DNA of 64,000 nt from Corallochytrium limacisporum Hawaii (lineage: Eukaryota > Protista > Pluriformea): contig PDIP01000086.1 of assembly GCA_002811645.1 (NCBI GenBank), positions 42,133 to 106,132 of the forward strand, in the 5' to 3' direction. How positions within the stretch are numbered: position 1 is the stretch's first letter; every line of letters starts with the position of its first letter. This document shows positions 50,319-61,849 of the stretch, piece by piece. The notes under the pieces were generated by a model. That model saw nothing but the letters and a program-made list of their open reading frames with translations. It made no database searches and had not been told where the DNA came from. A program made the translations under genes and the position numbers.

Positions 50319-53315
50319 TTATATCAACCCGAATCCCTTACCATTGTTGATAGCAGTTCGTAATAGACGGTCCAGTTTGGTTGCTGAACTGTACTCCGGC
50401 AGGAGCAAGCGACTAAAGCAGGTATGTGCGGTTGGCAGGCGGTCACTGTCCGGACCGTTGCGTTGAATAACAAACTGCAAATTTCCGAGACCCTTGATGG
50501 GAATGCGATCACTGCCCGTAACAAAGACAAGTAGCAGTTTCTTCTCTTCCTCAGTGAGATCCCTCACTGTCTGCCACAGCCAGCGAATAACAGGATGTGA
50601 TTCGTTGTAGTCATCGTAGGTGGCTGCTCGTTCCAAGGCGTCAAAGTCAAAGTCGGGGGAGCCGCAGAGCAAGAGCTCAAGCTCTTCCGGCCGACACAGA
50701 CTCAGTGCATCACCTCCACAAATGCGATGAAAACCACGGTAGAATGCATGGAACTGGCGGCGAATCGAATCATTCAGCAAATAATTGACATAAAGATGCA
50801 CAAATTGTTCACGGTTCTCGGTGGTGACCGCAACATCGTCTCCATGCTCGACAAGATCGATCTGGACCATGTCACCGTCAAATTTCCGACGTTCCACGCG
50901 GAAAGTGCGGCAAAATATGTTCTCAACATCCCCTTCGAACTCCAACAACTGCTTTAACCCTTCATGCAAGTCTGGATCTAGGTCCTTGATGTCTTGCAAA
51001 CCGACCACCTCCCCCAAAAGCTTGCGGTAAACGGGCATAGGGAAATGGACGTCAAGGATAATGCCATTGTACACGGCAAGACCTAGGACATTCCCCACCA
51101 ATTCGAACTCATCATCCGTTGCGAGGCTGTCAGGATCAAACCAGTAGGACCGCATTTCGTCCAGGTGAGTAAACATTCCGTAGGAACTGTTGAAGATCTC
51201 GTCCACGATTAATTGGAAGAACTCTTTCTGCAGACCACCCATGTCCAAACCCATCTCACCACCGTTCACGTACTTGATTTTCAGCGGTTTCTTAAGATCT
51301 TTCGTCTTCTTACTGAGCTGCGACATGGTATCTGCCATAATTGAATCTCTTCGAATCTCCAGAACAAGGTATGGACATGTGGCACTCCTTAGCACACCCT
51401 GGATGCTACGACGCTCCGCATTATCCTCAAGGAGTTTTTGAGCATGTACCACCCACGCATGGTTCACAAACGCATCCTCAAAGACTTCTGCCATTTGCAC
51501 GACAGCATCGATGTGCAATATTTTGGTCTTGTGTGCTGGGTCGAACAGGAAAGGGTAGTTGAAAAAACTCATCGGGTGAGTGGCTAGGTTCTTCGCCAGA
51601 TTTTCGACCTTGATATCTCTGCTCTTCACCTCTGGATGTAGAATCTTTTGCCAAATATAGTACTCGAACTTGAAATCCAGCTTTCTGGCTAGATGATCAT
51701 TGTAGAAGATATCCCGAGTTGCAATGCCTCTGGCGCCATCTCCGTGTTCTCGGCCGCTCCTAATACCGATTTGATTGACTTCGACCAACATCTCAAGGAC
51801 GGAGAGACAAGCCGTAACGATACGATCCGGGCGTTCGTGAGGATGGACGTGAAGAGTCAAGAATTTCTGGAACAGGTTCACCAGGCGCGTGAAATGGTGC
51901 TCTTCGTACTGTGCTAACCACTCACACACAGTCTTTTTCACCCTTCCGACAATGTTGTCCGCGAAAATCAGACACAAACGACCCAGTAGGGCCTCATGGT
52001 AGCTCAGGTCGTCGAGCAGGGGCAGTTCCAAGAGGATAAGCAATTGTCGACAGTCCGCAGGTCGCAGAATAATGTTGTGCCGTAGTTGAGCAAGCAGAAT
52101 CTCAATACTGTTCACCATGGTGGTCTGGAAGGTGGCATGGGGCCCGAGGCTCAGAATGATGCGGTATGCTTCCCGGACGTGATCCAGATTGACTCCATGA
52201 GCCCCTCTAAATCCCGTGTCTATGTCTGATTCCGGTTCCATATCGCGAGCAGTTTGGTGGCCAGATGGGCCGGTATTTCCAGGGACTAGGCTTGGTGTTC
52301 GTGAGCTGCCATTTACGGGGAAGCTAGCATTAAGAGCAACACTAGAACAGAAGATTGTACGCAGAGAGTTAACAAGGAAAGCATTGTCCCCGGTGGCCTT
52401 ATAGGTCTGTACACATTCCTTCAAACTGTCCAGAGTCAGGTACTGAAGAGAAAATTCTCCGTCGTTGTCCTCCACGGTTTCGTCGTGATTGGTTGGGAGG
52501 GGTGAGAGCCCCCTCTGCTCCCCTTGAGATGGATCCGTGCCAGAGTGGTGCATTGGGCTCAGGCTGCGGTCTCTGCCATGACTATGGCTCTTACTTCGAC
52601 CACGGTTTGATGACGGGACACTAGGGCTCGGGCTCCGCGATGGTTTGTTCTCCGGTCCTCCTTCAAACAGCGAAGCGAACGGACTCTGAGTAAACAGTAC
52701 GTGCAAGAAGGGTCGCGGTGGCACCCCTTGCTCTTCTTCCTCCTCCGTCAACGGTGGTTCAAGAATCTCTCTTGGCAAGCGTGGTGCATTCCCGACGTGT
52801 TCCCTGCAAAGATATTTTTCACCGTGAGGCATGGATGCCAGTTGAAGCGATAAAATTACGCATATATCTGCAGGTAATTTCAGCCCCTGAGCATTGCTAC
52901 TGCACATAGGATTCCGACATTCATACTTACCGCAGCCCTTGGTGATCTGATTGTAATAACTACGGACCAGATCCTCGTACCTTTCCTTGGCCACGGCGTT
53001 GGGATTGTCTGGGAGCAAGTAGCTCGCCTTCGGAAGTGCAGCCTGAAGACTCAAATTTGTTGCAGACAATGCCGCCAAATTGCTTGCACTTAACGTTCTG
53101 CCATTTGAAAAATGGCTCAGTCCCTTTCGTGGAGATAAGCCCAATTGTGCACACTTCCGCTCACTAAACAAGTCTTGGGTAGGCCCATATTTTGAGGGCC
53201 TCCGTGGTTCTGGTGTTCTGATCCCGTCATGGCGCGAAGCCGATGGTCCACCTCCACTGGAACGCAGATGAAGATTCAATCTCGGGAGTCCGGCCTCTCC
53301 AACTGAATTATCCAT
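50319..53315 (-). CDS. HECT E3 ubiquitin ligase with N-terminal AZUL zinc domain (UBE3A/HECTD2-like)
   Basis: YYNQITKGCGKYECRNPMCSS (AZUL); DLKKPLKIKY..GEMGLDMGGLQKEFFQ; FVTGSDRIP; LPTAHTCF (catalytic Cys); terminal GFGLI. Confidence 0.92.
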   Translation of the reverse strand: MDNSVGEAGLPRLNLHLRSSGGGPSASRHDGIRTPEPRRPSKYGPTQDLFSERKCAQLGLSPRKGLSHFSNGRTLSASNLAALSATNLSLQAALPKASYLLPDNPNAVAKERYEDLVRSYYNQITKGCGKYECRNPMCSSNAQGLKLPADICVILSLQLASMPHGEKYLCREHVGNAPRLPREILEPPLTEEEEEQGVPPRPFLHVLFTQSPFASLFEGGPENKPSRSPSPSVPSSNRGRSKSHSHGRDRSLSPMHHSGTDPSQGEQRGLSPLPTNHDETVEDNDGEFSLQYLTLDSLKECVQTYKATGDNAFLVNSLRTIFCSSVALNASFPVNGSSRTPSLVPGNTGPSGHQTARDMEPESDIDTGFRGAHGVNLDHVREAYRIILSLGPHATFQTTMVNSIEILLAQLRHNIILRPADCRQLLILLELPLLDDLSYHEALLGRLCLIFADNIVGRVKKTVCEWLAQYEEHHFTRLVNLFQKFLTLHVHPHERPDRIVTACLSVLEMLVEVNQIGIRSGREHGDGARGIATRDIFYNDHLARKLDFKFEYYIWQKILHPEVKSRDIKVENLAKNLATHPMSFFNYPFLFDPAHKTKILHIDAVVQMAEVFEDAFVNHAWVVHAQKLLEDNAERRSIQGVLRSATCPYLVLEIRRDSIMADTMSQLSKKTKDLKKPLKIKYVNGGEMGLDMGGLQKEFFQLIVDEIFNSSYGMFTHLDEMRSYWFDPDSLATDDEFELVGNVLGLAVYNGIILDVHFPMPVYRKLLGEVVGLQDIKDLDPDLHEGLKQLLEFEGDVENIFCRTFRVERRKFDGDMVQIDLVEHGDDVAVTTENREQFVHLYVNYLLNDSIRRQFHAFYRGFHRICGGDALSLCRPEELELLLCGSPDFDFDALERAATYDDYNESHPVIRWLWQTVRDLTEEEKKLLLVFVTGSDRIPIKGLGNLQFVIQRNGPDSDRLPTAHTCFSRLLLPEYSSATKLDRLLRTAINNGKGFGLI

Positions 53316-54235
53316 CCTTGTTGTCCTGCAAAGTCTAGTAATGAATAGTTCAGCCTAGAGTGCCAATTTCGAATGTCATTGTCATTGTTTCCTATGCTAT
53401 GGTAACAGTTTTGAGCAACGTAATCGCACCTTGAGCAGGTGAATGACTGATCCGAGTGCTTCTTTAATAGCCACGACTTAAGAAGTTTTCAGCTCAACTA
53501 GGAACCCCGCTGCTATCGTGCGCTGTCGATGCTTGGCCGTCCTTGCGGCCAAAACCGAACAATGCGCTGCGGCGGGGCCCACCCGCCCTCCTCCCGCTTC
53601 CGCATACATTTCTACTTCTCTCTCGATTCAACTGCCGTTGGCCAAGTATTCCGCGGGGCACTTCCTGGTCCTCGAATACTGGGATGGTTCTCCACAGAGG
53701 GGCTCGTTGCCAACAAATAAAAAAACCTGCTTAAACTTCGGTACACTCAGTACATCGGACAGGTCCAGCCGGAAAACGGGCCCCAACTGTTTAGGGAATT
53801 CCCAGCAAGAGAACGAGGGGGGAAAAAGGGGTGGATGTAATTGTTTCCACAAAGGCGACCAGAAAATGCAAGGAAAAGTTTTCTCCCGTATCACTATCTC
53901 GAAAAGAGCCGCCAAACGTTCGGATTGTGGGTTTGCTATCCCCAACCACCCTAAGAAGGCGGGTCTGGAGGAATGGGGCATGCAACCCTTATCACCAATG
54001 TCGACACATTGCTTTGTATTGTCTTGTGTCTTTAAAGGTAGTTTAGTGCCTACTCGACTAGTTTCACGAATAATAGGCGAATATAGTGACTTTGTGAGTC
54101 TGTGTGCGGAAGTGGAGTAGATTTACAGACGATCTCACAAGTCAAGATAGCGCAAGACCCGCAAGACGTAGAACCGTCTCCCATTTCGATATGTAGGTCT
54201 GTGGGCACGAGAAGGGTCTTGACAAGCGATACGTT

Positions 54236-55711
54236 ATGTCCCGCCTAGCTAGTGCGTGGAACAAGGCGGCTGTTCTAAGGAACATCTTTAAAGAGCGATG
54301 GAAACCACCAAGTTATGTTCCACAGGATATTACACTCCCTTCACGGCACATTCCCGTCGGAAAGGACGGTATTGTTTACGGTATTGTAAACCATGCCGAA
54401 CAGAAGAAATTATTGAATGCCACGGGTCAGAAGGATCTGATTGAGCTCTGTCGGTACATTTCAGCGTTGTGTACTCTGCGCTGGCAAGTACAGCGTGACC
54501 AAACAGAGTCCCTTTACGAATGGCTAGATCCCGACCTTCCACAACGGAAACACAGGACGTCAGCAAAGCAGGAGACCAGTCGCAGTGAATTTCTAGGTCA
54601 GCTGGACCGTATTGTTGCAAGGGCAAATTACACGCCAATGACCTGGCGGGAACAAACAAAAGCCCTCTTTAGTGACCGAGAAGACCATACTGCTGTGCTG
54701 GGCGGTTTGCGGATCAGTGTCGACTCGTCCAAATACTCGTTCGTGCGGGTATGGGTTCGTGGCCAAACAATTAAGCATGGCTACAAACGCTTGGTGCCGG
54801 AATTACGAATGGGTAGTCTGAGCAGTTTCTCATATCCGAAGCTCTTCACATTTTCACCTATGGACAGAACCGTGTATGATCGTGTTGTCATTGCTTTCCA
54901 GCCTCGCAAGCAGGAGACACCGGGTCGCTTCCAGCGCTTTAAGACTGGCACCATGAATTTCATCTGGAGTCTGATTGACACTGCCCCTCAGAGCTACAGT
55001 GAGAAAAACAGATTGGACCCGGACTTTGTATACATCAAATCGTTCCGAGATATTTCTGAAGAGGAACTGAGAATCCTCTTACCGCAAGTGACTATGAAAA
55101 TGTCAAGGTTTACATCCCTCCTTCTGGGTAGCACCATTGCCATCACAGGCATGTCCATGCTGAATCGTATTGGTAAGCAGGTGGCTGCGTTCTATGCCGT
55201 GCCGGTGCTATCCGGATATCTCACACTGCTCTCCTTGACTTCGTTTCGCAATCGTCGTAACGCAGTAATGGTAAACGCCTCGGATCTCCTATACTTGCGC
55301 AACTTGGCAAATAACAAGGCCGCGGTCAAGGTCCTGATTGCCCGCGCTGAGGATGAAGTGGCAAAGGAGGCAATGCTGTTGTACTATACTCTGTTGGCAT
55401 GGTCCAGTGGGAGCGCAAAGAAACAGTTTGCCACGATGTCAAGGTCGGAAGGACTAAGTCAGGTGAAGAAAGATATTGAAGTGTACCTTGAAAAGAACGA
55501 GAAAATCAAGGTCGATTTTGATATGACCAGTGCCATGGAGACACTGTACGACATCGGACTCCTCAGCACCCAGCCAAGTCAGGGTGGTGATGTGACTAGC
55601 ATGTCGTTACTGGTCCCGTCCCTCAGGGATGGGCTTCAGATCCTGTCTGAGGAATGGAAACAGGAGTCCAGAAAGACAGTAGTGTCTGAGACAGCGGAAG
55701 AAGTCATGTAG
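54236..55711 (+). CDS. TMEM143: TMEM143 / DUF3754 family protein
   Basis: LYEWLDPD, ARANYTPM, VRVWVRG, YIKSFRDISEEELRILLP, LYLRNLANN..LIARAEDEVAKEAMLLY, VDFDMTSAMETL. Confidence 0.8.
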   Translation: MSRLASAWNKAAVLRNIFKERWKPPSYVPQDITLPSRHIPVGKDGIVYGIVNHAEQKKLLNATGQKDLIELCRYISALCTLRWQVQRDQTESLYEWLDPDLPQRKHRTSAKQETSRSEFLGQLDRIVARANYTPMTWREQTKALFSDREDHTAVLGGLRISVDSSKYSFVRVWVRGQTIKHGYKRLVPELRMGSLSSFSYPKLFTFSPMDRTVYDRVVIAFQPRKQETPGRFQRFKTGTMNFIWSLIDTAPQSYSEKNRLDPDFVYIKSFRDISEEELRILLPQVTMKMSRFTSLLLGSTIAITGMSMLNRIGKQVAAFYAVPVLSGYLTLLSLTSFRNRRNAVMVNASDLLYLRNLANNKAAVKVLIARAEDEVAKEAMLLYYTLLAWSSGSAKKQFATMSRSEGLSQVKKDIEVYLEKNEKIKVDFDMTSAMETLYDIGLLSTQPSQGGDVTSMSLLVPSLRDGLQILSEEWKQESRKTVVSETAEEVM

Positions 55712-56213
55712 CGGTGTGTATCAATAATGTATAATTTACTATCCTCACCATCGTCCACCATCGTCCTAAGCATCATTATCTTTAGTACACTTGCTGCATC
55801 CCTTCTATTGGGAAGGAATCATTCCTTGCTTCTCTTGCCAAAGGCATTTCGTCGAACGCTGCTGAATAGGACAATGGTATGCTTCTAGCATTATAGTTTG
55901 CCCCCTTCTTGACTCTCATTCGCTTTGTCTATATTGTACCGTGTCTTCCCCTCTGTGCATTTTCATACGCCATTCAGCTCTGCAATGTCCATATCACACT
56001 GGTCCGCGGATGCCCATATGCCAATCTTAACAGCACTCCCCAAACCCCCGGTTGCGAAGAAAGGGGGGTCTGTTCCGCACACACAATCGAGAAACCCGCC
56101 CTACCTACACCCGTCCGTACAGGTTCACTGCCAGCTGCATACGAAGGTACTATGGAGACGGAATCTTCGACACGAGTCACAAAAAAGAGCAAAGCGGGCT
56201 GCATAGTCAGTTT

Positions 56214-56815
56214 ATGGCCAAGGAGAATGCGAAGACAGCATATGCAAACATGACAAACGTTAAGAGGATACAGGTCCTGGGCCGTCCGATGGACTATACA
56301 TGTATGGATATCTTGGCATTTCCCGGCATGCTCAATGAAGAACCAAGGAACGATGACGATAATCTAAGAGCACCAAATAGACAGATGGTAAAGACTGAGG
56401 TTATATACAACAGCTTGCGCGTCAGTGGCAACATACTGGAACCATGGACAGAGATGACTCCAACCCTCAGACGGATCATTCCAGACATCGCACAGCTCAG
56501 GTGGCTCGACTTGTCCTTCAACTCACTATCGTCCATTTGCTCTGATATCAAGGAGCTTCCGGGATTAACACACTTGTACTTGCACGGAAGCAAGATCAAA
56601 GACATTGTACACTCGCAATAACTTAAGTATATGCCGCACTTAAAGAATCTCGCACTTCACTAAATCCCATCGAATCCCACCCTTGTTACAAGAAAACAGT
56701 CCTTCTGCTGTGTCCAGAAGTTAAGAATTTTGACTTTGCAACAGTCACGACACAGGAGCGTACCAATGCTACAATTACTGCGAAGCAGGATGCAGCAAAG
56801 AGGGCTCGGCGCTGA
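56214..56815 (+). pseudogene. LRRC51: LRRC51 (cilia-associated LRR protein) pseudogene
   Basis: PMDYTC..MLNEEPR~PLDYSF..LVNEEPR; LRWLDLSFNSLSSI; LYLHGSKI; in-frame TAA at 56619; LKYMPHLKNLALH; 1-nt frameshift at about 56661; then NPIESHPCYKKTVLLLCPEVKNFDFATVTTQER~NPMEEEKGYRQYVLCTLSRITTFDFSGVTKADR; stop at 56813-56815. Confidence 0.88.
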
Positions 56816-56865
56816 ACACCATGTCGTAAGGGTATATGATTAATGTTTTATCGTTTCGAGAATAG

Positions 56866-58083
56866 TCATGAGTTGACCACGTCACTTTTCAGAACTGCGG
56901 TGAGATAATTTGCAGGGGCCAAACCTTGAGCCCCATCACTAGATTTTACGTGCCACCATCCCTCAGAATCAGTGATTCTATTGAGGACTGTTAGCTTGTC
57001 CCCGGCACGAATCAGCACTTCGTCGGCCTCCTGAGGCTCGTAATCGTAAATGGCAGTCAGCTCGTCGCTGGTACGGAACGCATCGGCAACGGCATCTAAA
57101 CGAGTCCGCATCTCTTCACTTTCTACCATGTCGAAAACGTTTTGGCCCTCATCGGTCTCAGCTAAAAGATCAGCTCCTTTCTCCAAAAGTAAGTCGAGGA
57201 TGGCGACAGAGTGCCGCTCATCACTGTCGACGGCCAAATGCAACGAGGTCCAATCTTCGTCATCTCGAGCATTTACATCTGCTCCACGCTCCAGGAGAAG
57301 CATGACTACGTTTAAGTCTCCATTCATGACAGCGACATGAAGGAGGGTCATGCCGTTGGCTCGCCTAGGTTGATTGACACATTCGATGTTCTCGAGCATT
57401 GATTTTACCTCGTCATGGAATCCGATCTCCACGGAATGTAATACCAGAGCATGTCTATCAAACGAAACACGCCGTGTTCTCTGCTCAGGAGTTTCCTTTG
57501 TAGTGGCAGGGCTTACTATACAGTCATGAAGGCGTTCAAACGATCCGTTCCGGATCATTTTCTCATCGCCACCTTCCATCGTCTCTTCTGACTCCTTTTT
57601 CTCTTCTTCGTTCCCCCTAGCCACTGAAGCTACTTCACTTTGGTCCATACCAGGCCTTACTTCTGTTCCTGTGTCCATATTCTCAATTTCAACAGTCTGC
57701 TCTTCTTCAACATGCCTTTCATCCTCGACCCAAGATACATCTTCTTCCCGTGGTGTGTTGTCTACGGTTGAGATTGTTTCGGAATCTATATAGCTAGCGG
57801 AAGCCAGCTCTTCAATATCACTAGGAACTTGTGTTTCATTGTCTCCTTTTTGCTTTGACATTGCCCAAAACTTATTGATCGTCATCTGACAGGACGTGGC
57901 AGTCATAGTGCCAAAAGGCATGCGGTCTTGCGGCGGTCCCTCGGAGAAACATGCCGGAGGCAAGGAAGAACGCGCACATCCCTTGCTCACGGGCTTTGGA
58001 TTTTTTGTATGACTGAGTGGTTCCAAATTTTCTTCATTGTCACCATTAACGAGGTACACGACGGGTTCTTCGTCCATGGACAT
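56866..58083 (-). CDS. ASPP-like PP1 regulatory protein (RVxF - ankyrin repeats - SH3)
   Basis: RRVSFDRHALVL; ankyrins NGMTLLHVAV, GADVNARDDEDWTSLHLA; SH3 AIYDYEPQEADEV...EGWW...GLAPANYL. Confidence 0.8.
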   Translation of the reverse strand: MSMDEEPVVYLVNGDNEENLEPLSHTKNPKPVSKGCARSSLPPACFSEGPPQDRMPFGTMTATSCQMTINKFWAMSKQKGDNETQVPSDIEELASASYIDSETISTVDNTPREEDVSWVEDERHVEEEQTVEIENMDTGTEVRPGMDQSEVASVARGNEEEKKESEETMEGGDEKMIRNGSFERLHDCIVSPATTKETPEQRTRRVSFDRHALVLHSVEIGFHDEVKSMLENIECVNQPRRANGMTLLHVAVMNGDLNVVMLLLERGADVNARDDEDWTSLHLAVDSDERHSVAILDLLLEKGADLLAETDEGQNVFDMVESEEMRTRLDAVADAFRTSDELTAIYDYEPQEADEVLIRAGDKLTVLNRITDSEGWWHVKSSDGAQGLAPANYLTAVLKSDVVNS

Positions 58084-58718
58084 GGCGATTTCCTTTTTGA
58101 TCTCAAACGGATGGTCCGCTGCTCATACTCGTAAACCTTGCGATACAGCTCCTCCACTGACCATTACATTGGAATCATCTTCCTCGTAAAATAGGACTTA
58201 AAAATACCTGTGATCTGTTAAGGAGAAGGTCAATGGACGAATGTTCAAATACAGACGCACGCATTGAGAGCTTTAGGACCAAATTCTTGCCTATCCCCCC
58301 GCAGGACTGGTACGGACGCAAGTGAAAATGGTTCCGGCGATTCTGTTCCTAACGCAACAGCACCCTCCCCCCCCCCTTTAATTACCGTCGACCAATGGAG
58401 CGACCCCGTCCAGTACTCACCCTGTGGTGTCTTGAAACACTTGTCACCAGCAGTTGTCAATTCGCGGGTCGAGTGCGTGCAAATGGAAGAGTGTGGAATA
58501 AAGAGCACATCGTCATCTATGCGTGCGTCCATTTTTCGCCCCTCTTCGCCTCTCAATCGCTCTGCGTCTTGTTGTCGTTGAAGTGGTCTCTCTGCCCCGT
58601 GATGAATGCTTTGGAGTCCCTTGGCTACGCTTTTGTCCGGAGAGCTGAATTCTGCGCGCCTTTTTTTGTCAAGCACATCCAGTTCCGCCGCAGGCAAATA
58701 TGGTCATTATTTGCTCCG

Positions 58719-58740
58719 CCCCCCCCGGGGGGGGGGGGGG
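58719..58740. repeat. C8-G14 homopolymer palindrome
   Basis: Seen directly; same architecture as 13231-13250. Confidence 0.8.
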
Positions 58741-61700
58741 TTTGGCAGATTTTTTTTCTTTTCTGTTTTTGCCCAGTCTCACCTGCTTCGCAACCTTGCC
58801 TACCGCCTGCTTGAATAGAGCCTGTATAGCTTACCCGGGGTTCACTTTGAAATTCCGCATTCTTCATCGCCACCTCTCTATTGTTCTCCCTGCCTTCCTT
58901 GTCCCTTTCCTGCGTGCCCCCCCCTGCAAAGCAGTCCCGACTATTTTATCGTTTTGGTTGAAGTGCTCTTATCCATCCAGTCTCTCAGTATAGAAACATG
59001 GAAAGATATCTAGAACTTCCCGCGCACTGTCGTGTCTGTGGTGTTTGCTATCTGGATAAACTCTACCCACACCCTTAATGCACCCCTCCCCTTCGCTTTT
59101 AAGGAGAGGGAGCGCGCGGTGGGTGGGGTGGAGTTCGTGTGGAACTTTTCTTTCAAAATCCTTTACCTGCCACAGTGTGGTTTTGAGTGTCTATCGTGTG
59201 CCATGTTGTCAGTTTCGGGTGTTTTTTTTTCTAAATCCTCCCCCCCCCCTTTTTTTAATTTCGTCTTCTTGCTTCTACGATTAAATCGAAAGGAATAGAA
59301 AAAAGTTATGTCTTGCTACCGGATACCACCACCACTGCTGCTGCTGTTGCTATTGCTGGCAAACGGATCGGCTGCAACGATTCCCATCCCAGAGCGGTGG
59401 TGTGCAAAAAAAAAAAGAAAAGGGCAAAATGAAAAAAAAAGACAATGTGGCGTTCAGGAAGACGACAATCAGGAGGCCCCTTGTGACGCTGGCTGAAGCC
59501 AAGAAGCTTCGAAAAAGCAGTTGGCGTTCGTCGCTGCGGGATTCTACGTCACTTTTTTCATATGTTCAGTACTAAGTCTCGCCATAAAGGGACACCGCAG
59601 CGGACATATGGGAGCAAGCCAGCCAGGCCCTGAACGTACTCCATCTGCGATTCTCGTGGACACCACGAGTCAGTGTGTTGGGGGCCTAATATTTCAAAAG
59701 TACGGTTTCTATAGTGAAAGTACGCGGTGGCTTTGCAGCCGGAAAACGGATAGAAATACGGGTGGCAGCACAAGGAGAGGGTGTGTGGCGGGGAGGACAG
59801 GTCCTTGCTGTAGGGGGCGTACACTGTCAAATATTAAATGTACCTATAAATTGTGGCCTTTGTAATAAAATTGATCTAGTTTTTATTGGTAGCGTTCCCA
59901 CCGTGGTGAGGTGCCACGGTGACTACCGTTCGGAGCTCTGGCTGTACGCCTTAGCTATAGTAATTGTACTAATCTTCCTCCGGAATACCTACCTTAACGG
60001 ACGTGTGTGATGTGGCGGCGGTAGCGACGACACGGGAACCAGGCAAAGGGTTTCTCTTCGTTCCGGGCCACTTTTTTTTAAAGCTGGAGGGTATGCACCC
60101 ACCCCGTTCCTATTGCTATTAGCACACACTGCCCGTACATAAAGGATAGGCAGCGGTGGGTGCCGATTGTGTGGCCTTGCACTTTCATTTCTTTCTATGA
60201 CGGCGGGAAACTTTGTTCCACGCTTCCTTCCGTTCCCGCTTTTTTTTTTCGCTTGGCTTTCCCCGTTCCCGCTGTTTGGCCCCTTCTCTCCCCGCTGCGA
60301 AGACCCCTTGCAACTCTACTCTCTCCGCCATACACACCTCCTTCTTAGCGCTCCAACGCTCTCGGCGCGCCCTGTCATCCACAATTGGCGGGGTTCTTTC
60401 GGCGGTGGTGCCGGTCTGGCATGCTTCTCTGGTTGCCCTGCTCCCGTCAATCATGCTGCGAAACAACTACATATCAGAATGACTCCGATCTTCCTTTTGT
60501 TTTCTTGTGGTGAGAGAAGGAGACCACTGGTTGCAGCATGTCCGAAGTCCCAAGTGCCCATCTTCCTTCCTCAGTGCCCGTTCCGCATGCCATCGCCTCG
60601 GAAAGTAATCGTCGTCTTATCACGGATCGCACCTATCTCCCGTGTGTATGGTGTTTTTTTTGTGTTTTGCAGCAAGCGTTTCCGTGCTCCTGCCCCAGGT
60701 CTACGATCTCTGAACAGACTCTCTCCTTTCTGCCCCCATCCGTCGTCCGTTTCCGGACCTGGTTTGGTTTCCTACACACATGGCAGATGAAATCCAACAC
60801 TTAATCGACATGGGTTTCTTCACAAAATGCGATGGGCCCGGCCTGGTTTGCGCCCGCACTTTTGCACATGAATCCCCCCCCCCTCGGCGGGTTGCTGGCG
60901 CAGGGCACACACTACAGAAAATACAAAAGTGCAAAGTAGGATGGCCGCGTGTGGCTGTGTGCTTGTTGTCAGTTGATGGCATTCATACGAGTCTGCCACA
61001 GTAACAGCTTTCATTGGAAATCTACGTCAAGGGTCCCGGATTTAAACCTCCCAGGTACTGAGGGGCCTAGTATCGACGATAGTAGTAAATAACTGAAAAC
61101 AAAAGTAAGAGAGAAGAAGAAACATCAAGAGGCAATTGATGATCTGCTCTCCTTTTTCTCACACCGCTGCCCAACGTTTCTTTTTTTTTAATTTCCTTTG
61201 TGATTGTTTTCTCGTTCGGGGTTGGTTTCTTGGGCTTGTGGTTATTTGCTTTGGGTTTTTACGGACTTGCAAGGCGCCATACTTCGCTTCCATTTTTTTG
61301 CCCCCCCCCCCCCACCCGGAATTTTGCTTGGGCTTTCCCAACCCAAAAACGGAGAAGGAGCGGGGACTCCCCCGCAGGGCGGGGAGGTGGTCGGGAAAAA
61401 CGCCGCCCGGAAAACCCCGGTGGGAATACACAGAGAAGGGCGGGGACCCAATTTTCTTTTTTTTTCTTTTTGAAGAATTGGTTTTTATTTGAAAAGGGCA
61501 AAAGAGCAAGCAGGGAAGGGGGGGGTGAGGGGCTTACGGGGATTGAGACCTATGGGCCCTTGGGGCCCCCGGCAGCGCCTGTTCCGGGCAGTGGCCATGC
61601 CCAAAATTGGGAAGCAAAATTGTGTGCGGGGGACGAAGCCCGAAAAAGGGGCAAACGAAGGGGACCCCCGTACCCCGGGGGTGTGCGGAGGGGAAACTTG

Positions 61701-61849
61701 GCCCCCCCCCCCCAGTCTTTTCTTATTCTCGCTACGTTTTCTTTGCTTTTATTCTTTGCGGTGTTTTGTCGCGCCTTTCGTTAGCTTGGATAGGGGGGGG
61801 GGCGCGGGGCGGGCAGCGCTTTGGGGCTCTCTCTCTCGGGCGTAGCGGG

